Part shown: positions 15,001 through 30,000 of the stretch, piece after piece
How the letters are laid out: each line of letters opens with the position of its first letter
Position numbering within the stretch: position 1 is the first letter of the stretch
From: Mobula hypostoma
Lineage: Eukaryota
Assembly (NCBI RefSeq): GCF_963921235.1
Contig: NC_086108.1
Location: 15,128,001-15,192,000 of the forward strand
DNA length: 64,000 nucleotides
Direction: 5' to 3'
Made by a program: the position numbers and the translations under genes
Notes under the pieces: model-generated
The model's input: only the letters and a program-made list of their open reading frames with translations
Database searches by the model: none
Told to the model about the DNA's origin: nothing

Positions 15001-18000
15001 GGATGAACGGTTGACTCTGGGCCAGGTTGGGGATGAACGGTTGACTCTGGACCAGGCTGGGGATGAATGGTTGACTCTGGGCCAAACTGGGGTTCGACAA
15101 TGTCCTCTGGGCCAGGTTGGGGATGAACACTACCTTCTGGGCTAGGTTGGGGATGAATGGTTGACTCTGGGCCAGGTTTGGAATGAATAATTGACTCTGG
15201 GCCTGGTTGGGGATGAATAGTTGACTCTGGGCCTGGTTGGGGATGAATAGTTGACTCTGGGCCAGGTTGGGGATGAATGGTTGACTCTGGGCCAGGTTGG
15301 GGATGAATGGTTGACTCTGGGCCAGGTTGGGGATGAATAGTTGACTCTGGGCCAGGTTGGGGATGAATGGTTGACTCTGGGCCAGGTTGGGGATGAATAA
15401 TTAACTCTGGGCCAGGTTGGGGATGAATAATTGACTCTGGGCCTGTTTGGGGATGAATGGTTGACTCTCGGCCAGGTTGGGGATGAATAATTAACTCTGG
15501 GCCAGGTTGGGGATGAATAGTTGACTCTGGGCCAGGTTTGGGGATGAATGGTTGACTCTGGGCCAGGTTGGGGATGAATAGTTGACTCTGGGCCAGGTTG
15601 GGGATGAATAGTTGACTCTAGGCCAGGTTGGGGATGAATAGTTGACTCTGGGCCTGGTTGGGGATGAATGGTTGACTCTGGGCCAGGTTGGGGATGAATA
15701 ATTAACTCTGGGCCAGGTTGGGGATGAATAGTTGACTCTGGGCCAGGTTGGGGATGAATGGTTGACTCTGGGCCAGGTTGGGGATGAATGGTTGACTCTG
15801 GGCCAGGTTGGGGATGAATTGTTGACTCTGGGCCAGGTTTGGGAATGAATGGTTGACTCTGGGCCAGGTTTGGGGATGAATGGTTGACTCTGGGCCAGGT
15901 TGGGGATGAATACTTGACTCTGGGCCAGGTTGGGGATGAATAGTTGACTCTGGGCCTGGTTGGGGATGAATGGTTGACTCTGGGCCAGGTTGGGGATGAA
16001 TGGTTGACTCTGGGCCAGGTTGGGGATGAATGGTTGACTCTGGGCCAGGTTGGGGATGAATGGTTGACTCTGGGCCAGGTTGGGGATGAATGGTTGACTC
16101 TGGGCCAGGTTGGGGATGAATGGTTGACTCTGGGCCAGGTTGGGGATGAATAGTTGACTCTGGGCCTGGTTGGGGATGAATGGTTGACTCTCGGCCAGGT
16201 TGCGGATGAATGGTTGACTCTGGGCCAGACTGGGGTTCGACAGTGTCCTCTGGGCCAGGTTGGGGATGAACACTACCCTCTGGGCTAGGTTGGGGATGAA
16301 TGGTTGACTCTGGGCCAGGTTTGGAATGAATAATTGACTCTGAGCCTGGTTGGGGATGAATAGTTGACTCTGGGCCTGGTTGGGGATGAATAGTTGACTC
16401 TGGGCCAGGTTGGGGATGAATGGTTGACTCTGGGCCAGGTTGGGGATGAATAGTTGACTCTGGGCCTGGTTGGGGATGAATGGATGACTCTCGGCCAGGT
16501 TGGGGATGAATAATTAACTCTGGGCCAGGTTGGGGATGAATAGTTGACTCTGGGCCAGGTTGGGGATGAACACTACCCTCTGGGCTAGGTTGCGGATGAA
16601 TGGTTGACTCTGGGCCAGGTTGAGGATGAATAGTTGACTCTGGGCCAGGTTGGGGATGAATGGTTGACTCTGGGCCAGGTTTTGGGGATGAATGGTTGAC
16701 TCTGGGCCAGGTTGGGGATGAATGGTTGACTCTGGGCCAGGTTGGGGATGAATAGTTGACTCTGGGCCAGGTTGGGGATGAATGGTTGACTCTGGGCCAG
16801 GTTGGGGATGAATGGTTGACTCTGGGCCAGGTTGGGGATGAACGGTTGACTCTGGGCCAGGTTGGGGATGAATGGTTGACTCTGGACCAGGCTGGGGATG
16901 AATGGTTGACTCTGGGCCAGACTGGGGTTCGACAATGTCCTCTGGGCCAGGTTGGGGATGAACACTACCTTCTGGGCTAGGTTGGGGATGAATGGTTGAC
17001 TCTGAGCCAGGTTGGGGATGAATAGTTGACTCTGGGCCAGGTTGGGGATGAATGGTTGACTCTGGGCCAGGTTGGGGATGAATGGTTGACTCTGGGCCAG
17101 GTTGGGGATGAATGGTTGACTCTGGGCCAGGTTGGGGATGAATGGTTGACTCTGGGCCAGGTTGGGGATGAATAGTTGACTCTGGGCCAGGTTGGGGATG
17201 AATGGTTAACTCTGGGCCAGGTTGGGGATGAACGGTTGACTCTGGGCCAGGTTGGGGATGAACGGTTGACTCTGGACCAGGCTGGGGATGAATGGTTGAC
17301 TCTGGGCCAAACTGGGGTTCGACAATGTCCTCTGGGCCAGGTTGGGGATGAACACTACCTTCTGGGCTAGGTTGGGGATGAATGGTTGACTCTGGGCCAG
17401 GTTTGGAATGAATAATTGACTCTGAGCCTGGTTGGGCATGAATAGTTGACTCTGGGCCTGGTTGGGGATGAATAGTTGACTCTGGGCCAGGTTGGGGATG
17501 AATGGTTGACTCTGGGCCAGGTTTTGGGGATGAATGGTTGACTCTGGGCCAGGTTGGGGATGAATAGTTGACTCTGGGCCAGGTTGGGGATGAATGGTTG
17601 ACTCTGGGCCAGGTTGGGGATGAATAATTAACTCTGGGCCAGGTTGGGGATGAATAGTTGACTCTGAGCCTGGTTGGGGATGAATGGATGACTCTCGGCC
17701 AGGTTGGGGATGAATAATTAACTCTGGGCCAGGTTGGGGATGAATAGTTGACTCTGGGCCAGGTTGGGGATGAATGGTTGACTCTGGGCCAGGTTGGGGA
17801 TGAATAGTTGACTCTGGGCCAGGTTGGGGATGAATAGTTGACTCTAGGCCAGGTTGGGGATGAATAGTTGACTCTGGGCCTGGTTGGGGATGAATGGTTG
17901 ACTCTGGGCCAGGTTGGGGATGAATAATTAACTCTGGGCCAGGTTGGGGATGAATAGTTGACTCTGGGCCAGGTTGGGGATGAATGGTTGACTCTGGGCC

Positions 18001-21000
18001 AGGTTGGGGATGAATGGTTGACTCTGGGCCAGGTTGGGGATGAATTGTTGACTCTGGGCCAGGTTTGGGGATGAATGGTTGACTCTGGGCCAGGTTTGGG
18101 GATGAATGGTTGACTCTGGGCCAGGTTGGGGATGAATAGTTGACTCTGGGCCAGGTTGGGGATGAATAGTTGACTCTGGGCCAGGTTGGGGATGAATGGT
18201 TGACTCTGGGCCAGGTTGGGGATGAATGGTTGACTCTGGGCCAGGTTGGGGATGAATGGTTGACTCTGGGCCAGGTTGGGGATGAATGGTTGACTCTGGG
18301 CCAGGTTGGGGATGAATGGTTGACTCTGGACCAGGCTGGGGATGAATGGTTGACTCTGGGCCAGACTGGGGTTCGACAATGTCCTCTGGGCCAGGTTGGG
18401 GATGAACACTACCTTCTGGGCTAGGTTGGGGATGAATGGTTGACTCTGAGCCAGGTTGGGGATGAATAGTTGACTCTGGGCCAGGTTGGGGATGAATGGT
18501 TGACTCTGGGCCAGGTTTTGGGGATGAATGGTTGACTCTGGGCCAGGTTGGGGATGAATGGTTGACTCTGGGCCAGGTTGGGGATAAATAGTTGACTCTG
18601 GGCCAGGTTGGGGATGAATGGTTAACTCTGGGCCAGGTTGGGGATGAACGGTTGACTCTGGGCCAGGTTGGGGATGAACGGTTGACTCTGGACCAGGCTG
18701 GGGATGAATGGTTGACTCTGGGCCAAACTGGGGTTCGACAATGTCCTCTGGGCCAGGTTGGGGATGAACACTACCTTCTGGGCTAGGTTGGGGATGAATG
18801 GTTGACTCTGGGCCAGGTTTGGAATGAATAATTGACTCTGAGCCTGGTTGGGGATGAATAGTTGACTCTGGGCCTGGTTGGGGATGAATAGTTGACTCTG
18901 GGCCAGGTTGGGGATGAATGGTTGACTCTGGGCCAGGTTGGGGATGAATAGTTGACTCTGGGCCTGGTTGGGGATGAATGGATGACTCTCGGCCAGGTTG
19001 GGGATGAATAATTAACTCTGGGCCAGGTTGGGGATGAATACTTGACTCTGGGCCAGGTTGGGGATGAACACTACCCTCTGGGCTAGGTTGCGGATGAATG
19101 GTTGACTCTGGGCCAGGTTGGGGATGAATGGTTGACTCTGGGCCAGGTTGAGGATGAATAGTTGACTCTGGGCCAGGTTGGGGATGAATGGTTGACTCTG
19201 GGCCAGGTTTTGGGGATGAATGGTTGACTCTGGGCCAGGTTGGGGATGAATGGTTGACTCTGGGCCAGGTTGGGGATGAATAGTTGACTCTGGCCCAGGG
19301 TTGGGGATGAATGGTTGACTCTGGGCCAGGTTGGGGATGAATGGTTAACTCTGGGCCAGGTTGGGGATGAACGGTTGACTCTGGGCCAGGTTGGGGATGA
19401 ATGGTTGACTCTGGACCAGGCTGGGGATGAATGGTTGACTCTGGGCCAGACTGGGGTTCAACAATGTCCTCTGGGCCAGGTTGGGGATGAACACTACCCT
19501 CTGGGCTAGGTTGGGGATGAATAGTTGACTCTGGGCCAGGTTGGGGATGAATAGTTGACTCTGGGCCAGGTTGGGGATGAATGGTTGACTCTGGGCCAGG
19601 TTTTGGGGATGAATGGTTGACTCTGGGCCAGGTTGGGGATGAATGGTTGACTCTGGGCCAGGTTGGGGATGAATAGTTGACTCTGGGCCAGGTTGGGGAT
19701 GAATGGTTAACTCTGGGCCAGGTTGGGGATGAACGGTTGACTCTGGGCCAGGTTGGGGATGAACGGTTGACTCTGGACCAGGCTGGGGATGAATGGTTGA
19801 CTCTGGGCCAAACTGGGGTTCGACAATGTCCTCTGGGCCAGGTTTGGGATGAACACTACCTTCTGGGCTAGGTTGGGGATGAATGGTTGACTCTGGGCCA
19901 GGTTTGGAATGAATAATTGACTCTGAGCCTGCTTGGGGATGAATAGTTGACTCTGGGCCAGGTTGGGGATGAATGGTTGACTCTGGGCCAGGTTTTGGGG
20001 ATGAATGGTTGACTCTGGGCCAGGTTGGGGATGAATAGTTGACTCTGGGCCAGGTTGGGGATGAATGGTTGACTCTGGGCCAGGTTGGAGATGAATAATT
20101 AACTCTGGGCCAGGTTGGGGATGAATAGTTGACTCTGGGCCAGGTTGGGGATGAATGGTTGACTCTTGGCCAGGTTGGGGACGAATGGTTGACTAGGGGC
20201 CAGGTTGGGGATGAATTGTTGACTCTGGGCCAGGTTTGGGGATGAATGGTTGACTCTGGGCCAGGTTGGGGATGAATAGTTGACTCTGGGCCAGGTTGGG
20301 GATGAATAGTTGACTCTGGGCCAGGTTGGGGATGAATAGTTGACTCTGGGCCAGGTTGGGGATGAACACTACCCTCTGGGCTAGGTTGGGGATGAATGGT
20401 TGACTCTGGGCCAGGTTGGGGATCAATGGTTGACTCCAGGCCAGGTTGGGGATGAATAGTTGACTCTGGGCCAGGTTGGGGATGAATGGTTGATTCTGGA
20501 CCAGATTGGGGATGAATAGTTGACTCTGGGCCAGGCTGGGGACAAACGGTTGACTCGGGGCCAGGTTGGTAATGAATAGTTCACCCTGGGCCAGGTTGGG
20601 GATGAATAGTTGACTCTGGGCCAGGTTGGGGATGAATGGTTGACTCTGGGCCAGGTTGGGGAAGAATGGTTGACTCTGGGCCAGGTTGGGGATGAATGGT
20701 TGACTCTGGGCCAGGTTGGGGATGAATGGTTGACTATGGGCCAGGTTGGGGATGAATGGTTGACTCTGGACCAGGTTGGGGATGAATGGTTGACTCTGGA
20801 CCAGGCTATGATTGAATAATGCCCTCTGGGCCAGGTTGGGGATGAATGCTTGACTCTGGACCAGGCTGGGGATGAATGGTTGACTCTGGGCCAGACTGGG
20901 GTTCAACAATGTCCTCTGGGCCAGGTTGCGGATGAAAACTACCCTCTGGGCTAGGTTGGGGATGAATAGTTGACTCTGGGCCAGGTTGGGGATGAATGGT

Positions 21001-24000
21001 TGACTCTGGGCCAGGTTGGGAATGAATAATTGACTCTGGGCCTGGTTGGGGATGAATAGTTGACTCTGGGCCAGGTTAGGGATGAATGGTTCACTCTGGG
21101 CCAGTTTGGGGATGAATGGTTGACTAGGGGCCAGGTTGGGGATGAATTGTTGACTCTGGGCCAGGTTTGGGGATGAATGGTTGACTCTGGGCCAGGTTGG
21201 GGATGAATAGTTGACTCTGGGCCAGGTTGGGGATGAATAGTTGACTCTGGGCCTGGTTGGGGATGAATGGATGACTCTCGGCCAGGTTGGGGATGAATAA
21301 TTAACTCTGGGCCAGGTTGGGGATGAATACTTGACTCTGGGCCAGGTTGGGGATGAACACTACCCTCTGGGCTAGGTTGGGGATGAATGGTTGACTCTGG
21401 GCCAGGTTGGGGATGAATGGTTGACTCTGGGCCAGGTTGGGGATGAATAGTTGACTCTGGGCCAGGTTGGGGATGAATGGTTGACTCTGGGCCAGGTTGG
21501 GGATGAATGGTTGACTCTGGGCCAGGTTGGGTATGAATGGTTGACTCTGGGCCAGGTTGGGGATGAATAGTTGACTCTGGGCCAGGTTGGGGATGAATGG
21601 TTGACTCTGGGCCAGGTTGGGGATGAATGGTTGACTCTGGGCCAGGTTGGGGATGAATGGTTGACTCTGGGCCAGGTTGGGGATGAATGGTTGACTCTGG
21701 ACCAGGCTGGGGATGAATGGTTGACTCTGGGCCAGACTGGGGTTCGACAATGTCCTCTGGGTCAGGTTGGGGATGAATGGTTGACTAGGGGCCAGGTTGG
21801 GGATGAATTGTTCACTCTGGGCCAGGTTGGGGATGAATGGTTGACTCTGGGCCAGGTTGGGGATGAATAGTTGACTCTGGGCCAGGTTGGGGATGAATGG
21901 TTGACTCTGGGCCAGGTTGGGGATGAATGGTTGACTCTGGGCCAGGTTGGGGATGAATGGTTGACTCTGGGCCAGGTTGGGGATGAATAGTTGACTCTGG
22001 GCCAGGTTGGGGATGAATAGTTGACTCTGGGCCAGGTTGGGGATGAATGGTTGACTCTGGGCCAGGTTGGGGATGAATGGTTGACTCTGGGCCAGGTTGG
22101 GGATGAATGGTTGACTCTGGGCCAGGTTGGGGATGAATGGTTGACTCTGGGCCAGGTTGGGGATGAATGGTTGACTCTGGGCCAGGTTGGGGATGAATAG
22201 TTGACTCTGGGCCAGGTTGGGGATGAATAGTTGACTCTGGGCCAGGTTGGGGATGAATGGTTGACTCTGGGCCAGGTTGGGGATGAATGGTTGAATCTGG
22301 ACCAGGTTGGGGATGAATGGTTGACTCTGGGCCAGGTTGGGGATGAATAGTTGACTCTGGGCCAGGTTGGGGATGAATAGTTGACTCTGGGCCAGGTTGG
22401 GGATGAATAGTTGACTCTGGGCCAGGTTGGGGATGAATGGTTGACTCTGGGCCAGGTTGGGGATAAATAGTTGACTCTGGGCCAGGTTGGGGATGAATGG
22501 TTGACTCTGGGCCAGGTTGGGGATGAATGGTTGACTCTGGGCCAGGTTTTGGGGATGAATGGTTGACTCTGGGCCCGGTTGGGGATGAATGGTTGACTCT
22601 GGCCCAGGTTGGGGATGAATGGTTGACTCTGGGCCAGGTTGGGGATGAATAGTTGACTCTGGGCCAGGTTGGGGATGAATAGTTGACTCTGGGCCAGGTT
22701 GGGGATGAATAGTTGACTCTGGGCCAGGTTGGGGATGAATGGTTGACTCTGGACCAGGTTGGGGATGAATGGTTGACTCTGGGCCAGGTTGGGGATGAAT
22801 AGTTGACTCTGGGCCAGGTTGGGGATGAATAGTTGACTCTGGGCCAGGTTGGGGATGAATTGTTGACTCTGGGCCAGGTTGGGGATGAATGGTTGACTCT
22901 GGGCCAGGTTGGGGATGAATAGTTGACTCTGGGCCAGGTTGGGGATGAATAGTTGACTCTGGGCTAGGTTGGGGATGAATGGTTGACTCTGGACCAGGTT
23001 GGGGATGAATGGTTGTCTCTGGGCCAGGTTCGGGATGAATGGTTGACTCTGGGCCAGGTTGGGGATGAATGGTTGACTCTGGGCCAGGTTGGGGATGAAT
23101 GGTTGACTCTGGGCCAGGTTAGGGATGAATAGTTGACTCTGGGCCAGGTTGGGGATGAATGGTTGACTCTGGGCCAGGTTGGGGATGAATAGTTGACTCT
23201 GGGCCAGTTTGGGGATGAATGGTTGACTCTGGGCCAGGTTGGGGATGAATAATTGACTCTGGGCCAGGTTGGGGATGAATAGTTGACTCTGGGCCAGGTT
23301 GGGGATGAATGGTTGACTCTGGGCCAGGTTTTGGGGATGAATGGTTGACTCTGGGCCAGGTTGGGGATGAATAGTTGACTCTGGGCCAGGTTGGGGATGA
23401 ATGGTTGACTCTGGGCCAGGTTGGGGATGAATGGTTGACTCTGGGCCAGGTTGGGGATGAATGGTTGACTCTGGGCCAGGTTGGGGATGAATAGTTGACT
23501 CTGGGCCAGGTTGGGGATGAATGGTTGAATCTGGACCAGGTTGGGGATGAATGGTTGACTCTGGGCCAGGTTAGGGATGAATAGTTGACTCTGGGCTAGG
23601 TTGGGGATGAATAGTTGACTCTGGGCCAGGTTGGGGATGAATGGTTGACTCTGGGCCAGGTTGGGGATGAATAGTTGACTCTGGGCTAGGTTGGGGATGA
23701 ATAGTTGACTCTGGACCAGGTTGGGGATGAATGGTTGACTCTGGGCCAGGTTGGGGATGAATGGTTGACTCTGGGCCAGGTTGGGGATGAATGGTTGACT
23801 CTGGGCCAGGTTGGGGATGAATGGTTGACTCTGGGCCAGGTTGGGGATGAATGGTTGACTCTGGGCCAGGTTGGGGATGAATAGTTGACTCTGGGCCAGG
23901 TTGGGGATGAATGGTTGACTCTGGGCCAGGTTGGGGATGAATGGTTGACTCGGAGCCAGGTTGGGTTTGAATGGTTGACTCTGGACCAGGCTGGGGATGA

Positions 24001-27000
24001 ATGGTTGACTCTGGGCCAGGTTGGGGATGAATGGTTGACTCTGGGCCAGGTTGGGGATGAATGGTTGACTCTGGGCCAGGTTGGGGATGAATGGTTGACT
24101 CTGGGCCAGGTTGGGGATGAATGGTTGACTCTGGACCAGGTTGGGGATGAATGGTTGACTCTGGGCCAAACTGGGGTTCGACAATGTCCTCTGGGCCAGG
24201 TTGGGGATGAACACTACCTTCTGGGCTAGGTTGGGGATGAATGGTTGACTCTGGGCCAGGTTGGGGATGAATGGTTGACTCTGGGCCAGGTTGGGGATGA
24301 ATGGTTGACTCTGGGCCAGGTTGGGGATGAATGGTTGACTCTGGGCCAGGTTGGGGATGAATGCTTGACTCTGGACCAGGCTGGGGATGAATGGTTGACT
24401 CTGGGCCAGACTGGGGTTCGACAGTGTCCTCTGGGCCAGGTTGGGGATGAACACTACCCTCTGGGCTAGGTTGGGGATGAATGGTTGACTCTGGGCCAGG
24501 TTGGGGATGAATGGTTGACTCTGGGCCAGGTTGGGGATGAATAGTTGACTCTGGGCCAGGTTGGGGATGAATAATTGACTCTGGGCCAGGTTGGGGATGA
24601 ATGGTTGACTCTGGGCCAGGTTGGGGATGAATAATTGACTCTGGGCCAGGTTGGGGATGAATAGTTGACTCTGGGCCAGGTTGGGGATGAATGGTTGACT
24701 CGGGGCCAGGTTGGGGATGAATAGTTGACTCTGGGCCAGGTTGGGGATGAATAATTGACTCTGGGCCTGTTTGGGGATGAATGGTTGACTCTCGGCCAGG
24801 TTGGGGATGAATAATTTACTCTGGGCAAAGTTGGGGATGAATAGTTGACTCTGGGCCAGGTTGGGGATGAATGGTTGACTCTGGGCCAGGTTGGGGATGA
24901 ATAGTTGACTCTGGGCCAGGTTGGGGATGAATAGTTGACTCTGGGCCAGGTTGGGGATGAATGGTTGACTCTGGGCCAGGTTGGGGATGAATAATTAACT
25001 CTGGGCCAGGTTGGGGATGAATAGTTGACTCTGGGCCAGGTTGGGGATGAATAGTTGACTCTGGGCCAGGTTGGGGATGAATGGTTGACTAGGGGCCAGG
25101 TTGGGGATGAATTGTTGACTCTGGGCCAGGTTTGGGAATGAATGGTTGACTCTGGGCCAGGTTTGGGGATGAATGGTTGACTCTGGGCCAGGTTGGGGAT
25201 GAATAGTTGACTCTGGGCCAGGTTGGGGATGAATAGTTGACTCTGGGCCTGGTTGGGGATGAATGGTTGACTCTCGGCCAGGTTGGGGATGAATGGTTGA
25301 CTCTGGGCCAGGTTGGGGATGAATGGTTGACTCTGGGCCAGGTTGGGGATGAATAGTTGACTCTGGGCCAGGTTGGGGATGAATGGTTGACTCTGGACCA
25401 GGCTGGGGATGAATGGTTGACTCTGGGCCAGACTGGGGTTCGACAATGTCCTCTGGGCCAGGTTGGGGATGAACACTACCTTCTGGGCTAGGTTGGGGAT
25501 GAATGGTTGACTCTGAGCCAGGTTGGGGATGAATAGTTGACTCTGGGCCAGGTTGGGGATGAATGGTTGACTCTGGGCCAGGTTTTGGGGATGAATGGTT
25601 GACTCTGGGCCAGGTTGGGGATGAATGGTTGACTCTGGGCCAGGTTGGGGATAAATAGTTGACTCTGGGCCAGGTTGGGGATGAATGGTTAACTCTGGGC
25701 CAGGTTGGGGATGAACGGTTGACTCTGGGCCAGGTTGGGGATGAACGGTTGACTCTGGACCAGGCTGGGGATGAATGGTTGACTCTGGGCCAAACTGGGG
25801 TTCGACAATGTCCTCTGGGCCAGGTTGGGTATGAACACTACCTTCTGGGCTAGGTTGGGGATGAATGGTTGACTCTTGGTCAGGTTTGGAATGAATAATT
25901 GACTCTGAGCCTGGTTGGGGATGAATAGTTGACTCTGGGCCTGGTTGGGGATGAATAGTTGACTCTGGGCCAGGTTGGGGATGAATAGTTGACTCTGGGC
26001 CAGGTTGGGGATGAATGGTTGACTCTGGGCCAGGTTGGGGATGAATAGTTGACTCTGGGCCAGGTTGGGGATGAATGGTTGACTCTGGGCCAGGTTGGGG
26101 ATGAATAATTGACTCTGGGCCAGGTTGGGGATGAATAGTTGACTCTGGGCCAGGTTGGGGATGAATGGTTGACTCTGGGCCAGGTTTTGGGGATGAATGG
26201 TTGACTCTGGGCCAGGTTGGGGATGAATGGTTGACTCTGGGCCAGGTTGGGGATGAATAGTTGACTCTGGGCCAGGTTGGGGATGAATGGTTGACTCTGG
26301 GCCAGGTTGGGGATGAATGGTTGACTCTGGGCCAGGTTGGGGATGAATGGTTGACTCTGGGCCAGGTTGGGGATGAATAGTTGACTCTGGGCCAGGTTGG
26401 GGATGAATGGTTGACTCTGGGCCAGGTTGGGGATGAATGGTTGACTCTGGGCCAGGTTGGGGATGAACGGTTGACTCTGGGCCAGGTTGGTGATGAATGG
26501 TTGACTCTGGACCAGGCTGGGGATGAATGGTTGACTCTGGGCCAGACTGGGGTTCGACAATGTCCTCTGGGCCAGGTTGGGGATGAACACTACCTTCTGG
26601 GCTAGGTTGGGGATGAATGGTTGACTCTGAGCCAGGTTGGGGATGAATAGTTGACTCTGGGCCAGGTTGGGGATGAATGGTTAACTCTGGGCCAGGTTTT
26701 GGGGATGAATGGTTGCCTCTGGGCCAGGTTGGGGATGAATGGTTGACTCTGGGCCAGGTTGGGGATAAATAGTTGACTCTGGGCCAGGTTGGGGATGAAT
26801 GGTTAACTCTGGGCCAGGTTGGGGATGAACGGTTGACTCTGGGCCAGGTTGGGGATGAACGGTTGACTCTGGACCAGGCTGGGGATGAATGGTTGACTCT
26901 GGGCCAAACTGGGGTTCGACAATGTCCTCTGGGCCAGTTTGGGGATGAACACTACCTTCTGGGCTAGGTTGGGGATGAATGGTTGACTCTGGGCCAGGTT

Positions 27001-30000
27001 TGGAATGAATAATTGACTCTGAGCCAGGTTGGGGATGAATAGTTGACTCTGGGCCAGGTTGGGGATGAATAGTTGACTCTGGGCCAGGTTGGGGATGAAT
27101 GGTTGACTCTGGGCCAGGTTGGGGATGAATGGTTGACTCTGGGCCAGGTTGGGGATGAATAGTTGACTCTGGGCCAGGTTGGGGATGAATGGTTGACTCT
27201 GGGCCAGGTTGGAGATGAATAATTAACTCTGGGCCAGGTTGGGGATGAATAATTGACTCTGGGCCTGTTTGGGGATGAATGGTTGACTCTCGGCCAGGTT
27301 GGGGATGAATAATTGACTCTGGGCCAAGTTGGGGATGAATAGTTGACTCTGGGCCAGGTTGGGGATGAATGGTTGACTCTGGGCCAGGTTGGGGATGAAT
27401 AGTTGACTCTGGGCCAGGTTGGGGATGAATAGTTGACTCTGGGCCAGGTTGGGGATGAATAGTTGACTCTGGGCCAGGTTGGGGATGAATGGTTGACTCT
27501 GGGCCAGGTTGGGGATGAATAATTGACTCTGGGCCAGGTTGGGGATGAATAGTTGACTCTGGGCCAGGTTGGGGATGAATGGTTGACTCTGGGCCAGGTT
27601 GGGGATGAATGGTTGACTCTGGGCCAGGTTGGGGATGAATTGTTGACTCTGGGCCAGGTTTGGGAATGAATGGTTGACTCTGGGCCAGGTTTGGGGATGA
27701 ATGGTTGACTCTGGGCCAGGTTGGGGATGAATACTTGACTCTGGGCCAGGTTGGGGATGAATAGTTGACTCTGGGCCTGGTTGGGGATGAATGGTTGACT
27801 CTGGGCCAGGTTGGGGATGAATGGTTGACTCTGGGCCAGGTTGGGGATGAATAGTTGACTCTGGGCCAGGTTGGGGATGAATAGTTGACTCTGGACCAGG
27901 TTAGGGATGAATGGTTGACTCTGGACCAGGCTGAGGATGATTGGTTGACTCTGGGCCAGACTGGGGTTCAACAATGTCCTTTGGGCCAGGTTGGGGATGA
28001 ACACTACCCTCTGGGCTAGGTTGGGGATGGATGGTTGACTCTGGGCCAGGTTGGGGATGAATAGTTGACTCTGGGCCAGGTTGGGGATGAATGGTTGACT
28101 CTGGGCCAGGTTGGGGATGAATGGTTGACTCTGGGCCAGGTTGGGGATGAATAGTTGACTCTGGGCCAGGTTGGGGATGAATAGTTGACTCTGGGCCAGG
28201 TTGGGGATGAATGGTTGACTCTGGGCCAGGTTGGGGATGAATAGTTGACTCTGGGCCAGGTTGGGGATGAATAGTTGACTCTGGGCCAGGTTGGGGATGA
28301 ATAGTTGACTCTGGGCCAGGTTGGGGATGAATGGTTGACTCTGGGCCAGGTTGGGGATGAATAATTAACTCTGGGCCAGGTTGGGGATGAATAGTTGACT
28401 CTGGGCCAGGTTGGGGATGAATGGTTGACTAGGGGCCAGGTTGGGGATGAATTGTTGACTCTGGGCCAGGTTTGGGGATGAATGGTTGACTCTGGGCCAG
28501 GTTGGGGATGAATGGTTGACTCTGGGCCAGGTTGGGGATGAATACTTGACTCTGGGCCAGGTTGGGGATGAATAGTTGACTCTGGGCCAGGTTGGGGATG
28601 AATGGTTGACTCTGGGCCAGGTTGGGGATGAATGGTTGACTCTGGGCCAGGTTGGGGATGAATGGTTGACTCTGGGCCAGGTTGGGGATGAATAGTTGAC
28701 TCTGGGCCTGGTTGGGGATGAATGGTTGACTCTCGGCCAGGTTGGGGATGAATGGTTGACTCTGGGCCAGACTGGGGTTCGACAGTGTCCTCTGGGCCAG
28801 GTTGGGGATGAACACTACCCTCTGGGCTAGGTTGGGGATGAATGGTTGACTCTGGGCCAGGTTGGGGATGAATAGTTGACTCTGGGCCAGGTTGGGGATG
28901 AATGGTTGACTCTGGGCCAGGTTTTGGGGATGAATGGTTGACTCTGGGCCAGGTTGGGGATGAATGGTTGACTCTGGGCCAGGTTGGGGATGAATAGTTG
29001 ACTCTGGGCCAGGTTGGGGATGAATGGTTGACTCTGGGCCAGGTTGGGGATGAACGGTTGACTCTGGGCCAGGTTGGGGATGAACGGTTGACTCTGGACC
29101 AGGCTGGGGATGAATGGTTGACTCTGGGCCAAACTGGGGTTCGACAATGTCCTCTGGGCCAGGTTGGGGATGAACACTACCTTCTGGGCTAGGTTGGGGA
29201 TGAATGGTTGACTCTGGGCCAGGTTGGGGATGAATAATTGACTCTGGGCCAGGTTGGGGATGAATAGTTGACTCTGGGCCAGGTTGGGGATGAATAGTTG
29301 ACTCTGGGCCAGGTTGGGGATGAATGGTTGACTCTGGGCCAGGTTGGGGATGAATAGTTGACTCTGGGCCAGGTTGGGGATGAATGGTTGACTCTCGGCC
29401 AGGTTGGGGATGAATAATTAACTCTGGGCCAGGTTGGGGATGAATACTTGACTCTGGGCCAGGTTGGGGATGAACACTACCCTCTGGGCTAGGTTGGGGA
29501 TGAATGGTTGACTCTGGGCCAGGTTGGGGATGAATGGTTGACTCTGGGCCAGGTTGGGGATGAATAGTTGACTCTGGGCCAGGTTGGGGATGAATGGTTG
29601 ACTCTGGGCCAGGTTTTGGGGATGAATGGTTGACTCTGGGCCAGGTTGGGGATGAATGGTTGACTCTGGGCCAGGTTGGGGATAAATAGTTGACTCTGGG
29701 CCAGGTTGGGGATGAATGGTTGACTCTGGGCCAGGTTGGGGATGAATGGTTGACTCTGGGCCAGGTTGGGGATGAATGGTTGACTCTGGGCCAGGTTGGG
29801 GATGAATGCTTGACTCTGGACCAGGCTGGGGATGAATGGTTGACTCTGGGCCAGACTGGGGTTCAACAATGTCCTCTGGGCCAGGTTGGGGATGAACACT
29901 ACCCTCTGGGCTAGGTTGGGGATGAATGGTTGACTCTGGGCCAGGTTGGGGATGAATAGTTGACTCTGGGCCAGGTTGGGGATGAATGGTTGACTCTGGG